Source: an uncultured Bacilli bacterium
GTDB taxonomy: Bacteria > Bacillota_I > Bacilli_A > RF39 > UBA660
Direction of reading: 5' to 3'
Length of the DNA stretch: 64,000 bases
Assembly: GCA_944363735.1 (NCBI GenBank)
Contig: CALVVB010000063.1
Coordinates: forward strand, 11,296 to 75,295
The notes beneath the pieces are model-generated. The model ran no database searches and had not been told where the DNA came from. It saw only the letters and a list, made by a program, of their open reading frames with translations. The position numbers and the translations under genes are program-made. Below, piece by piece: positions 28,916 through 39,194 of the stretch. Within the stretch, counting starts at the first letter, position 1. Each line of letters starts with the position of its first letter.

Positions 28916-29879
28916 TTTTTATCACCTCTGTTAGAACATCGCTTAAAATAAGAAGCGTCTCATATACTTCATCAATCGTATTCTCTGGTCCCCCTACTTC
29001 TATTAAAATTGTCCTGTTAGAAAAATCTTGATTATAAACACCATTTACACCCTCTCCTTCCTTTTCATATATTCCTTTAGAAAGTCCTGGTACTTTAGTA
29101 TTTACTAATTCACTTATTTTTGTACTAAAATCCAAATTTCCCACGTAATTAGGATTTTCTAATCCTACTAAAAACATTACTTTAGCATAATTCTTATCAT
29201 TATAAGTTAAAGTTGTTTTATCATGAGATAGAGAGTCTCTATGTAAATCTATAAAATAGATTAAGCTAGGATACTTTTCTTTTGCTTGTTCCATTAAAGA
29301 TCTACTAGCCTGATAACTCCCTGCATAATTCAGTCCTAAACTACTTCTAATACTACTAATAGATTGTTCTTCAATTATAACGCTAAAACCATTATCTTCT
29401 AACTTCTCTTTTAAGACATAATCAGATAGTTTTACAGTTGGCATAACACTGTATTCTGCAAAGGATGATGGTTTATATTCTTCTGTATCATGAGAATTAT
29501 ATAGATATATTGTTGGTTCAACTTCTTTTATAACATCTTCATTACTTACTTTTTTAATATCTTTATTATCTACATCTATCTTTTTAGTTAAACCTTTAAA
29601 ATTAGTATCAAGTATAGAAAGAGGATCAGTTAAATCTAAATCTATTAATTTTGTCATAATCTTATGAAAATAACTATAGTTAGATTTACTATTAACAATA
29701 AAATGATTATTGTTTTCTATTAAGAAAGTTACTAAATCACTATTTTGATAAGGTAAATTATATTTAGATAAAGTTTTAATTGTTATGATAAATGAAGAAA
29801 AAATCATAATAAATAATAGTATGATTTTAGGTTTTATTTTTTTAGATTTTTTATTTTTTGATATAAACTTTTTCTTCAT
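28902..29879 (-). CDS. spoIIP: stage II sporulation protein P
   Basis: IYLYNSHDTEEY and IDLHRD motifs, with gpr-spoIIP synteny. Confidence 0.8.
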   Translation of the reverse strand: MKKKFISKNKKSKKIKPKIILLFIMIFSSFIITIKTLSKYNLPYQNSDLVTFLIENNNHFIVNSKSNYSYFHKIMTKLIDLDLTDPLSILDTNFKGLTKKIDVDNKDIKKVSNEDVIKEVEPTIYLYNSHDTEEYKPSSFAEYSVMPTVKLSDYVLKEKLEDNGFSVIIEEQSISSIRSSLGLNYAGSYQASRSLMEQAKEKYPSLIYFIDLHRDSLSHDKTTLTYNDKNYAKVMFLVGLENPNYVGNLDFSTKISELVNTKVPGLSKGIYEKEGEGVNGVYNQDFSNRTILIEVGGPENTIDEVYETLLILSDVLTEVIKSDQN

Positions 29880-29932
29880 AAAAATTCTCCTTTATTACAT
29901 AGTAATAAAAGAGTTATTAAAATTATGTCGAA

Positions 29933-30949
29933 TTAATTTAATTCTAAACTTTTATTTAAAGCTTTCGATAAAAGAAGACTTAACTTTTCTATAACAAAGT
30001 CTACTTCTTTAGGGGTTACTAATAGATTATATCCTAAAGGTGTTAAAACCTCTGTAATTAATGTCTTGATTTCATCTTCTGATAGATTACCAATTAAGCC
30101 CATTACTTCTTCTCGTTCTTCCTTATTTAAAGTCTTATCATGACTTTTATAATCTCTATTAATTTGAGGAACTAGTTTTAATTTATTATTATTAATATTT
30201 TCTTTTTCATAAGAGAAATGTCTAAACATATAATTGATTGTATTACTAACTATGGTCGTTGCATCTACTACTGTTGGTATACCTATGGCAATTACAGGAA
30301 GCCCTAGTGTTTCCTTACTAATTTCAAAACGATTATTTAAAAGACCACTACCAGGATAAATGCCAGTATCAGTTATTTGAATTGTTTTATTAATACGATC
30401 AAGACTTGAAGCAGCAAGGGCATCTATTACTATTAAAAAATCTGGTTTAGTTTTTTCTATTACTCCTTCTATTATCTCTTTAGTTTCAATTCCTGTTGTT
30501 CCCATAACCCCTGGTATTAGGGAAGATATTACCCTATATTTAGAATCTAATGGTAGCCCTAACTCTACTATTTGTCTTGTTATTTTGATAGAATCAACTG
30601 TTAGAGGTCCTAGAGCATCAGGAGTTGCTTTTCTATTACCAAGACCTACAATTAAACAGCTGTAACTATCTTTAATATTAATACTCTTTAATAAATCTTT
30701 TAAAGCTTTAATAGTTGCGCTTAATAAATTATTAAAATTAGCCTCATCTGTAACATCCTCAAAATAAATAGTCTTATAAACTCCTTTTTTTTTAGATATA
30801 AGTTTAGCAGAATCTTTATCTAAGGTGATAGTTTCTACTTTAATATCTTTATATTGTTCCTCATGTTTTTCATATTCTTTAAAATTATTAAGATGTTCAA
30901 CTATTAAGTCTGTTCTAATTTTATATTTACTTAAATCTATTTCATGCAT
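29933..30949 (-). CDS. gpr: GPR germination protease
   Basis: Starts RTDLIVE, with GLGN and IDALAA regions. Lies next to a divergent rpsT, as in Bacillus. Start trimmed to MHEID. Confidence 0.85.
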   Translation of the reverse strand: MHEIDLSKYKIRTDLIVEHLNNFKEYEKHEEQYKDIKVETITLDKDSAKLISKKKGVYKTIYFEDVTDEANFNNLLSATIKALKDLLKSINIKDSYSCLIVGLGNRKATPDALGPLTVDSIKITRQIVELGLPLDSKYRVISSLIPGVMGTTGIETKEIIEGVIEKTKPDFLIVIDALAASSLDRINKTIQITDTGIYPGSGLLNNRFEISKETLGLPVIAIGIPTVVDATTIVSNTINYMFRHFSYEKENINNNKLKLVPQINRDYKSHDKTLNKEEREEVMGLIGNLSEDEIKTLITEVLTPLGYNLLVTPKEVDFVIEKLSLLLSKALNKSLELN

Positions 30950-31068
30950 TAAAAACACTACCTTTCATATTTTCTCTTTTTATATTATTAACAAAAAGTA
31001 CAAAAATATTTGCAAAATATACTATTATTTGGTAAAATTAGATTGTTTACAAAAAGTGAGGTGAAAAC

Positions 31069-31332
31069 ATGCCAAATATTAGAAGTGCTAAGAAAAGAGT
31101 ACGTAGTAATGCTAGAAAAGCAGATGTTAATACTTTAGTTAAATCTAGTATGAGAACTGCTGTTAAAAATTGTGAAAAAGCTATAGTAGCTGGAAACAAA
31201 GAAGAAGCTGCTAATAAATTAAACATCGCATTACAAAGAGTTGATAAAGCTTGTACTAGTGGACTAGTTCATAAGAATAAAGCTGCTAGATTAAAATCAA
31301 GACTTACTAAAGCAGTTAATGCTATGAATTAA
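31069..31332 (+). CDS. rpsT: 30S ribosomal protein S20
   Basis: Starts MPNIRSAKKRVR; 87 aa and basic. Confidence 0.95.
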   Translation: MPNIRSAKKRVRSNARKADVNTLVKSSMRTAVKNCEKAIVAGNKEEAANKLNIALQRVDKACTSGLVHKNKAARLKSRLTKAVNAMN

Positions 31333-31372
31333 AAAGAAATGTGGATAGTGTACACGCACATTTCTTTTTTAT
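31333..31372. terminator. bidirectional terminator between rpsT and rbgA
   Basis: aaagaaatgtg ... cacatttcttt flanked by A- and T-runs. Confidence 0.7.
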
Positions 31373-32247
31373 TTTCTGTCTAATGTTATTTCTTTAAAAG
31401 CATTATTTTTAATATCATTTAGAATAATACTAGATACTCTCTCATAATCAGTAATATTACCTTTGGTAAGACAACCTCTTTTTTTAGCAATTTCTTCCAT
31501 TATTTCTATATTAGTTATATTATCTACATTAATATTATAACGATCCTCTAGTTTTTCTTTATATAGTTTTATTAGGATATCTATGGCAAATAAAGCTAGA
31601 TCTTCTTTATTTAGTATTTCTTCTTTAATAGATGATAATACGGCAAGTATCCTTGCTTCATATTGATCTTCTAATTTAGGCCATAAAATACCAGGAGAGT
31701 CTAGTAAATCGATATCTTTATTAATTCTAATCCAAGATATACTTTTAGTAAAACCGGGTTTATTACCAACGCCTACAGCCTTTTTACCTACTAATCTATT
31801 TATTAATGTACTCTTTCCGACATTAGGTATACCTATAATTAAAGCTCTTAAATTACGAGGTTTTAAACCTTTAGATTTTCTTTTATCATTTAATTCTTTA
31901 CTAACACTTTCGCTTAATTCTAGGACATTCTTAACATTTTTATTATTAGCTAAATCAACTGGTACTACTTTATAGCCAAGACTCTCATAATAACTAATAA
32001 ATTTATCGGTTTCTTTTTTATCACATAAATCATATTTAGTCATTATTAATATTCTAGGCTTATCTTTAATTAAATCATCAATATCTTTAATTTTAGATGA
32101 GATAGGCATTCTTGCATCTATTACTTCATAGATTATATCTATTAAATTAATCTTTTCTCTTATTTCTCTTTTGGTTTTAGCCATATGGCCTGGATACCAG
32201 TTGATACCGATTTTGTAAACCCCCTCTTTTTTATTATCATTTGACAT
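31369..32247 (-). CDS. rbgA: ribosome biogenesis GTPase A (YlqF)
   Basis: INWYPGHMAKT, the circularly permuted G motifs (TKYDL then GIPNVGKST) and DSPG. Confidence 0.9.
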   Translation of the reverse strand: MSNDNKKEGVYKIGINWYPGHMAKTKREIREKINLIDIIYEVIDARMPISSKIKDIDDLIKDKPRILIMTKYDLCDKKETDKFISYYESLGYKVVPVDLANNKNVKNVLELSESVSKELNDKRKSKGLKPRNLRALIIGIPNVGKSTLINRLVGKKAVGVGNKPGFTKSISWIRINKDIDLLDSPGILWPKLEDQYEARILAVLSSIKEEILNKEDLALFAIDILIKLYKEKLEDRYNINVDNITNIEIMEEIAKKRGCLTKGNITDYERVSSIILNDIKNNAFKEITLDRK

Positions 32248-32369
32248 ATAAATCACTTCCTTGCATAAAATCTATTTCATTATATCATACTTTTTAACCA
32301 AAAGAAAAAGTAGACATTAATCTACTCTATAAATTGTAATTTGTATTATTTTTAGCTAATATTAATTAC

Positions 32370-33287
32370 TTAAATATTATTATTTTTTTCATTATACATT
32401 CTTGCTTGTGAATCCTTTTGCATTTCATATCCATATTCAAATATATATGACATACTAAAGATAATTAAAATTTCTAATATACTCATTAATTCAAATGGAC
32501 TGCTTCCACCAGTAGATATACCTAATATTATACTAAACAAAATATCAGATATTGGTGTAATTAAAATTAATGCAATTATTAAATAAGAAATCTTTTTAAT
32601 ATATTTTACATTATCTAAAGTAAACGGTGTCGTTTTATCTTTAATATTATTAAATAATTTTTCTACACATCCTAATATAATTATCATAATATATAGTTCA
32701 ACTAACAAAAAAACCAACCCTGTTTCAATATAAGTAATTATTTTAATATTAGAATTATCTTCAAAAATTTCAATAACATCATAATCTTCATCTTGAATAT
32801 CAAACTCACCAATAATAATATCATGAATTTCAATTTTGTTTTCACCAATAATTTTAATATTGTCCGTTTTAAATACTATTTCATTGTCCTTAATTTCAAT
32901 ATTATTAACTATATAAGGAACTAATATCATTCCTAATATAATAAATGGTATTGCAACTTTTAAAACAATTGCACCAATTTTTCCTATTAGGCTAATTACA
33001 TTGCTTAATGTTTTAACTTCTTTTTGTTTCTTTTCATTAAACTTAACTACATTCATAACTATTTCTTCATCTAATGAAGTAATATCTGCCATATCAGTAT
33101 GGACAAGATCATTCAATTTGCAGTTAAATATTTTACATAGTTCTAAAATATTATTCATTTCAGGATATGATTCGCCATTCTCCCATTTTGAAACTGATTG
33201 TCTTGTTACATTAACTTTTTCTGCTAATTGTTCTTGCGACATTTTTTTACTTTTTCTTATTTGTCTTAAATTATCTCCAAACTTCAT
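32370..33287 (-). CDS. XRE-family HTH protein fused to a multi-TM domain
   Basis: MKFGDNLRQIRKSKKMSQEQLAEKVNVTRQSVSKWENG followed by TM segments. Confidence 0.75.
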   Translation of the reverse strand: MKFGDNLRQIRKSKKMSQEQLAEKVNVTRQSVSKWENGESYPEMNNILELCKIFNCKLNDLVHTDMADITSLDEEIVMNVVKFNEKKQKEVKTLSNVISLIGKIGAIVLKVAIPFIILGMILVPYIVNNIEIKDNEIVFKTDNIKIIGENKIEIHDIIIGEFDIQDEDYDVIEIFEDNSNIKIITYIETGLVFLLVELYIMIIILGCVEKLFNNIKDKTTPFTLDNVKYIKKISYLIIALILITPISDILFSIILGISTGGSSPFELMSILEILIIFSMSYIFEYGYEMQKDSQARMYNEKNNNI

Positions 33288-33448
33288 TAGACTAACTCCT
33301 TTCACAAATTAAGTTTAATATTATATAATTTTATTCTCCATCTATTTTCAGTTGCATTTTATTTTTGCAACTAAAACATTACATATTTATTATAGCACAA
33401 AAAAAGCAAGTTCTTTTATAGAACTGCTCGTTAAATTGTAATTTGAAT

Positions 33449-34204
33449 TTATTTTTTTAATACTTTATTTAATGTTTTAATATGTTCTTCGGGATTAATT
33501 AGTGCATCTTCACAATGACCTTTTCCTTTTAAACAAATAGTAGTAGTATTTTGATAGTTTTTCTTCAAATAATGTGCAACTTTACGAAATAAAATCTCAT
33601 TTATTTTACTACCATAAAAATAATAAATCTCTGTATTTGGTGTGTTAATATCGCTAGGTAAATTAAATTTTCCAACTTCCTGAACACAATTAATTATTGT
33701 TTTATCTGACAGATAATCAAACAACTCTAAAAACACATCTACTTTATCTTCGCTAATAATAGTGCCAATGGCTTGTTTTATGGTTTTTTCATCTCTATTT
33801 TGAGTTTTATGAGTAATATTCAAATACCATTTTGTAAAATAATTTGTCATAAATTTATTCCAAGATAAAAGAGGAGAACTCTCTAATATTAGTTTTTCTA
33901 TTTCTATATTTTTATTCTTCCAAATATAACTTGCTAAAATTCCACCCATACTCATACCATAAATTGCAAAAACTTTATTACCATATTTAGTAATATAGTA
34001 TTCTTCTAATTCTTTAGCACAAATATCGAATGATACAAAATCCTCTTTCTCATTGATATTATGACCTGCAAGAATCGGTACAATTACACAGTAGTCATTT
34101 TTATAGTAATCAATATAATCATCCCATATTTGATATGGACTTTGAAAACCGTGAATCAAAATGATTTTCTCATTTTTGGGATTACCATATTCTAATATTT
34201 CCAT
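33449..34204 (-). CDS. alpha/beta hydrolase
   Basis: GMSMGG nucleophile elbow and an HG N-terminal motif. Confidence 0.7.
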   Translation of the reverse strand: MEILEYGNPKNEKIILIHGFQSPYQIWDDYIDYYKNDYCVIVPILAGHNINEKEDFVSFDICAKELEEYYITKYGNKVFAIYGMSMGGILASYIWKNKNIEIEKLILESSPLLSWNKFMTNYFTKWYLNITHKTQNRDEKTIKQAIGTIISEDKVDVFLELFDYLSDKTIINCVQEVGKFNLPSDINTPNTEIYYFYGSKINEILFRKVAHYLKKNYQNTTTICLKGKGHCEDALINPEEHIKTLNKVLKK

Positions 34205-34261
34205 CTCAACAACTCACTTTCAAATTACTATTTACCTATCTATTTTCTTCCGAAGTATTAT

Positions 34262-34283
34262 GGGGTTTACCTTGCGGTATCAA
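34262..34283. repeat. 22-bp box GGGGTTTACCTTGCGGTATCAA, copy A (intact leader unit upstream of the hydrolase gene)
   Basis: Identical 22-mer at 35229-35250. The unit continues to about 34335 and includes a 30-codon minus-strand uORF, MSNEEKSFQKRNINCLIPQGKPHNTSEENR. Confidence 0.8.
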
Positions 34284-34368
34284 ACAATTGATATTTCTTT
34301 TTTGGAAACTTTTTTCTTCATTAGACATTACTATCACTTCCTACTTCTCGCTTCGTTTCTAATTTTTT

Positions 34369-35199
34369 CTATTCCTTATTTTCTAATAATTTTCTTTCTT
34401 TTTCAAGTTCTTTTAAACTCTTTTTAGGAGTTGGCATATTCTCTGGCATCATTCCGCCGATATCAGCAATTGCTTTTCTTACCTTTTTACCAACTTCATA
34501 ATGTACGTTTTTTGCATTGTTTTCGCCTTTAACATTATCTCTTAAAAGTTTTTGTTTTGTTTGATTGATTCTAAACAAATTTGCTACTAACTCATCCTCA
34601 TTCATATTATCTAGAATATCTTCTCTATAACGTAATTTTTTCCTCTTAAAAATATCATCAGCAGTTTCACCATTATATAATCCTCTATATCCTGCATTAT
34701 GAAACTCGGCCATATTTTTGACTCCTGCAGATGAGGCTACTTTTTGTAATGTATAATTTCCTCGTCTAGTTAACTTTCTTTGATAAAATCTTTTCTCATC
34801 ATCTGATAAAGAATCATATTCTTGTTCAGTAATTTCTTGTTTTCTTGTTTGAACAGCAAAATAAGTTTGACCTAAAGCAACCACTTCCTTACTTGGGTCG
34901 GCATTTTGAACTATCAAATAACAGGCATATCTAGAAAGTTTATAGTCAAGAATTTTTCTTTTTGCAGTTTTACCTATTTCTATCATTTTGTTGGCTTCAA
35001 CAAAATGATCAAACACATTAAATTTACTATTTTTGCAAGATGTAATAGCTTTATCTATTACTACTTTGAAATTTCTCCATTCTTTATATTCCAAAACTTT
35101 TTGCAAATCACGAGCAAACCAGTACTCGCCTCCATACTCATCAATATGTTTTATATCTTCAAAAGTTTTACTAGTGTATTTATTAACAATTTCTTCCAT
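34369..35199 (-). CDS. dinD: DNA damage-inducible protein D
   Basis: Collinear with E. coli DinD as I remember it (FEDIKHI..G.EYWFARDL, LSRYACYLIVQN.DP.K, GQTYFA.QTR.QE, ANLFR..QT..KL). Start trimmed to MEEIVNK behind RBS aaggaggg. Confidence 0.8.
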   Translation of the reverse strand: MEEIVNKYTSKTFEDIKHIDEYGGEYWFARDLQKVLEYKEWRNFKVVIDKAITSCKNSKFNVFDHFVEANKMIEIGKTAKRKILDYKLSRYACYLIVQNADPSKEVVALGQTYFAVQTRKQEITEQEYDSLSDDEKRFYQRKLTRRGNYTLQKVASSAGVKNMAEFHNAGYRGLYNGETADDIFKRKKLRYREDILDNMNEDELVANLFRINQTKQKLLRDNVKGENNAKNVHYEVGKKVRKAIADIGGMMPENMPTPKKSLKELEKERKLLENKE

Positions 35200-35228
35200 T
35201 CTACCCTCCTTTTTAAAATATAATATTA

Positions 35229-35250
35229 GGGGTTTACCTTGCGGTATCAA
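35229..35250. repeat. 22-bp box, copy B (upstream of dinD)
   Basis: Perfect match to 34262-34283. Confidence 0.8.
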
Positions 35251-35394
35251 CTAAAATGTTTTACCCCATTTTTAATAAAAATCGCTTATTTTGCACATTT
35301 TTTGCCATTTTTTGTTGTTTTTTTTTAAAGTGAAAATTATCGATGCTCGTAAGCCCTTTATTTATAAGATTTTCTAAGAGAGGTTAAATAAATT
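35251..35394. mobile_element. 144-bp insertion splitting the dinD-proximal leader unit, flanked by the 8-bp direct repeat GGTATCAA
   Basis: GGTATCAA occurs at 35243-35250 and 35395-35402. The sequence outside it on either side rejoins collinearly with copy A. The ends form only a weak imperfect inverted repeat. Confidence 0.5.
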
Positions 35395-35605
35395 GGTATC
35401 AAGCAGTTAATATTAGTTTTATTTTCATTCATAAAAATCACTTCCTTGGTTTCAATCTAATTTATTATATCATAATTATTAATTAAAATAAAAATCTACT
35501 AAATAGTACGTTCAAAAAACTATTACTTTTATAAGTATTTATTTTACAACTTATGATATAATATTCTATGAAAAAAATAACATAAAATAATGTTGGAGGT
35601 AAATT

Positions 35606-36391
35606 ATGAAAAAGAAAGAACTAATCATTATAGGTTTTCTTACTGTATTATTAGCATTTATAGAGTTAAGTGGCTTACCAAGTGCCTTATTTGTAAATAT
35701 TAATTTTTTAGATATCACTCCATATTACTTTACACTTATGTTTAATTTTCTAATTATTGGTTTAATTTCATTTTTAACATTAAAGTTTCTTTGTCCTAAT
35801 TGGAAGTTAGGACTTAAGAAGGATGGACTAAAAGAAGGACTAAAAAGATATGGTATACCCGGTATTGCTGTAGGTATTATATCTTGTGTTGCTTTTTATA
35901 TTGGATTAACCCCTTTTGATTATAATCCAACAATATTGAAAGTTTTAATAGAAGGCATCATTTATTACATAGGTGTTGCAATAGTTGAAGAATTATATGT
36001 TAGAGGATTATTATTAAATCTTATTGAAAAATTATGTCATAACAAAAGAAACAAAGAAATTATTGCAATTATTTTATCATCTATTATTTTTGGACTAGGT
36101 CATATATTTGGTGTTTTGGGACAATCAGTTTTTATTATAATTACAAGAATAATTTCAACGATTTCTATGGGGATTTACTTTGGAACAATATATAAGAAAA
36201 CAAAAAACTTATGGTTACCAATCATTATTCATTTTATAATAAATGTATGCGCTCTTCCTTATTGTTTTAGTAGTATATCAACTTATCCTAATGTGAGTTC
36301 ATACATTATTTTACCAGCTTATTTATTACTTCTAATATATAGTTTATATATTATGAAAAAAATTAATAAAAGCAAATCTTCTAATAAGTAG
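35606..36391 (+). CDS. CPBP-family intramembrane glutamic endopeptidase
   Basis: EELYVRG and FGLGH motifs; multi-TM. Confidence 0.8.
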   Translation: MKKKELIIIGFLTVLLAFIELSGLPSALFVNINFLDITPYYFTLMFNFLIIGLISFLTLKFLCPNWKLGLKKDGLKEGLKRYGIPGIAVGIISCVAFYIGLTPFDYNPTILKVLIEGIIYYIGVAIVEELYVRGLLLNLIEKLCHNKRNKEIIAIILSSIIFGLGHIFGVLGQSVFIIITRIISTISMGIYFGTIYKKTKNLWLPIIIHFIINVCALPYCFSSISTYPNVSSYIILPAYLLLLIYSLYIMKKINKSKSSNK

Positions 36392-36448
36392 ATTTGCTTT
36401 ATTAATTATAATTAACATTTATCTATTTTCTTAAAGACAAAGATAAAA

Positions 36449-36883
36449 TTATAATAAATTCATAATTCCATAGGTTATAAATGGACTAGCATATATTGTT
36501 ATATATATTAAAGTTATCCAGGGTTGATAATCTATATAAAATGCTTTAAAAGATAAAGACCACGGATGTTTAACTAATACCCATCCGATTAAATCACCTA
36601 CTACTGTTATCGTCCCCCATATAATTGATGTTAAAATAACAGTTGTTAAAGTTACTGTTTCTAGGCCATTAAAGTATAAATAGGCAAAGATAGGAAATAC
36701 AATTAAATTATATAAAGTGTGCCAAGGCTTTGTTTTTTCATAGCCTTCACCCATACCTTCACTTTCTTTCATTGATTTCATTTTTAAAACTTTAATATTA
36801 AATATTGTATGTAAAACTCCAATTCCTGTAACAATAAAATATGCTACTAAATACCATAATATTAAAAAACCAAACTTCTCCAT
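36449..36883 (-). CDS. membrane protein, unknown function
   Basis: 4 TM segments, downstream of the TetR gene. Confidence 0.5.
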   Translation of the reverse strand: MEKFGFLILWYLVAYFIVTGIGVLHTIFNIKVLKMKSMKESEGMGEGYEKTKPWHTLYNLIVFPIFAYLYFNGLETVTLTTVILTSIIWGTITVVGDLIGWVLVKHPWSLSFKAFYIDYQPWITLIYITIYASPFITYGIMNLL

Positions 36884-36931
36884 TTTTTCTCCTTTCCATT
36901 CAATGAATAAAATTAAAAAGTAGATGAAGTA

Positions 36932-37501
36932 TTATACTTTTCTTAAAATATCTACTATCCAATCAACTTCTGGTAATGAAAGTTGTGGTAAAGCAACTTT
37001 TTGTTCCATTATTCCTTGCACACTACACCAAAAAGCAGTTGATAATGCTAATGCATTACCATTTTTTATAGATCCTATTTTTTGTCCTTCTTCTATAATT
37101 TTAGATGATAATTCAATTTGATTTACAGATAACGCTAATTCTCTAATTTCATCCGGTGTACCTTGCTTTTGGGCTCGTGCTATAAGGATAAACATTTGAC
37201 AAATCCATGGTTCCTTATCTATTGCTTCAAATAATCTATCTAAAAATTTACTAAAATATTCTATTGGATCTTTATACTCTATTTTTTGTGGAGCTTTCAT
37301 TCCATCTATACCAATTTTAATAAGCTCTAAATATAATTGCTCTTTGGATTTATAATAATGAAATAATAATCCTATACTAATATTTAAACTATCTGCAATA
37401 TCAGAAATTTTTGTTTCTGAATATCCTTTTATTACAAACAATTCTAAAGCCTTAAACAATATTTGCTTTTCTCTAAATTCTTTTTGCTCTTTTCTAGTCA
37501 T
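36932..37501 (-). CDS. TetR/AcrR family transcriptional regulator
   Basis: The HTH KISDIADSLNISIGLLFHYYKSKEQLY. Confidence 0.85.
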   Translation of the reverse strand: MTRKEQKEFREKQILFKALELFVIKGYSETKISDIADSLNISIGLLFHYYKSKEQLYLELIKIGIDGMKAPQKIEYKDPIEYFSKFLDRLFEAIDKEPWICQMFILIARAQKQGTPDEIRELALSVNQIELSSKIIEEGQKIGSIKNGNALALSTAFWCSVQGIMEQKVALPQLSLPEVDWIVDILRKV

Positions 37502-37618
37502 ATTACACTCCTAAAATTAAATTTTTATTCATTGAACTAATATTCAGTATAAATCATTAATAATTACTTGTCAATAATTATTAAAAAAGATACTAATCCT
37601 AGTAACTTTATCCCTTTA

Positions 37619-38137
37619 TCATATTAAATTATTGACAAAATATTTTTTATTATTAATTATTTCATCTATTGTTTGATTAATTGTTAATTTATCTGTATAT
37701 AATATATATTTTTCGTCATAATTATTATTTAAAAATTCATTAAGTAATACCAAACATCTTTCTTTCATTTGATATTCTTCTTTTCGCTCTTTATCTCTTT
37801 TTAAAATAGTTGTTTCATCTACTAATAAGACTACAAACTTTGTCTCTACATTTTCAAATATACTTTTTAATTGCGTAAATTTATCTTTATCTATAATATA
37901 ATTAAAAACAACATCATATCCAGCATTTAAATAGTTATTAATGGTATCTATACATACTTTCCAAAAGATATTAAGATGATTACCAGGTTTCCATGCTTTC
38001 ACATAACCTCCTACTACTTGATGATAGAAATCATCTCCTTCTAGTAAAACAGATTTTTCTAACCTTTCTGATAGTCCTCTAGAAACAGTACTCTTCCCTA
38101 CTCCTGCTGGTCCTGTTATAATATATAATTTTGCCAT
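37619..38137 (-). CDS. P-loop kinase/AAA-family ATPase
   Basis: GPAGVGKST Walker A; 172 aa. Confidence 0.6.
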   Translation of the reverse strand: MAKLYIITGPAGVGKSTVSRGLSERLEKSVLLEGDDFYHQVVGGYVKAWKPGNHLNIFWKVCIDTINNYLNAGYDVVFNYIIDKDKFTQLKSIFENVETKFVVLLVDETTILKRDKERKEEYQMKERCLVLLNEFLNNNYDEKYILYTDKLTINQTIDEIINNKKYFVNNLI

Positions 38138-38165
38138 AATTTTTCTCCTATATCACTTTATTATT

Positions 38166-38672
38166 TTAATTAGCATTACCTATTCTATTAAATGGTAAAA
38201 TAATCAAACTAGTTCTACCTAATAATTGATCTATCTTCATAAAACCTAACTCTCTACTATCTAAAGAATTTTCTCTATTATCTCCCATAACTAGATAAGC
38301 GTCTTCCGGAACAGTATCACTACCTAATTCTTCTATGTTAAAATCTTCTGTCTTACCATGTTTAAAGTTTTCTTTAACTTTTTTACCATCTACATATAAA
38401 GTATTATTCTTATATTCTATATGTTCTCCAGGTAATCCTATAACTCTTTTAATTAAATATTCATTAGGCATATTAACAACAACTATATCAAATCTTTTAG
38501 GTTCATTAAAGTAATAAGCTGTCTTATTTAAAATCATTATGTCACTTTCTTCTAATGTTGGGTGCATAGACTCTCCATTTACTTTAATAGGTGTTACTAT
38601 AAAAGCTTTTATAAATAAGACGACAGCAATAATGATTATATATGGTAATAATGGTTTAATTTTCTCTTTCAT
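38166..38672 (-). CDS. lepB: signal peptidase I
   Basis: GESMHPTL, KRVIGLPGE and GDNRENSLDSR boxes. Confidence 0.9.
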   Translation of the reverse strand: MKEKIKPLLPYIIIIAVVLFIKAFIVTPIKVNGESMHPTLEESDIMILNKTAYYFNEPKRFDIVVVNMPNEYLIKRVIGLPGEHIEYKNNTLYVDGKKVKENFKHGKTEDFNIEELGSDTVPEDAYLVMGDNRENSLDSRELGFMKIDQLLGRTSLIILPFNRIGNAN

Positions 38673-38744
38673 ATTATATCCTTTCTAATACATTACTACT
38701 ATATTATACATCTAATTTAATGTTAAGAAAAGAAAAAAGAGGAA

Positions 38745-39089
38745 CTATTGTTGTCCTCTTTCTTTAATACGATATTGACCTACTCTTCCTCTTAGGAAGT
38801 TTAGTTTAGCACGTCTTACTTTACCATGTCTTAAGACTGTAATTCCTGCAATCTTAGGTGAATGGATTGGGAATGTTCTTTCAACACCTACACCACTACT
38901 CATTTTACGAACTGTAAATGTTTCACTAACACTACCACCACGACGAGCGATTACAATTCCTTCAAAAGCTTGGATTCTTTCACGTTTACCTTCGATAATC
39001 TTAACGTCAACACGAACAGTATCTCCAACTCTAAATTCAGGAATGTTCTTATTAATTTGTTTTTCATTAATTTTGTCAATTACGTTCAT
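38745..39089 (-). CDS. rplS: 50S ribosomal protein L19
   Basis: [21 protein letters not shown] and VRRAKL. Start trimmed to MNVIDK behind RBS aaaggagg. Confidence 0.95.
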   Translation of the reverse strand: MNVIDKINEKQINKNIPEFRVGDTVRVDVKIIEGKRERIQAFEGIVIARRGGSVSETFTVRKMSSGVGVERTFPIHSPKIAGITVLRHGKVRRAKLNFLRGRVGQYRIKERGQQ

Positions 39090-39194
39090 ATAAGATCCTC
39101 CTTTACCTATAACCAATGCTCATAACCAAAGAGCCAGCGGAACATTTTTTTGACGACTTCAATTATATCATAGCATTAGTCATTTTGTAAAGGA

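Noticed and set aside
34262-35250. The 22-bp direct repeats as att sites of a mobile dinD cassette.
   Set aside because: The repeats belong to a longer duplicated leader unit that sits upstream of each of two co-directional genes. The third piece at 35395-35432 shows that the dinD-side copy is simply interrupted, so a duplicated regulatory unit explains the data better than cassette ends.
35199-35250. N-terminal extension of dinD (track ORF start at 35250).
   Set aside because: It relies on a TTG start inside the 22-bp repeat. A strong RBS (aaggaggg) precedes the ATG at 35199, and the E. coli DinD alignment starts there.
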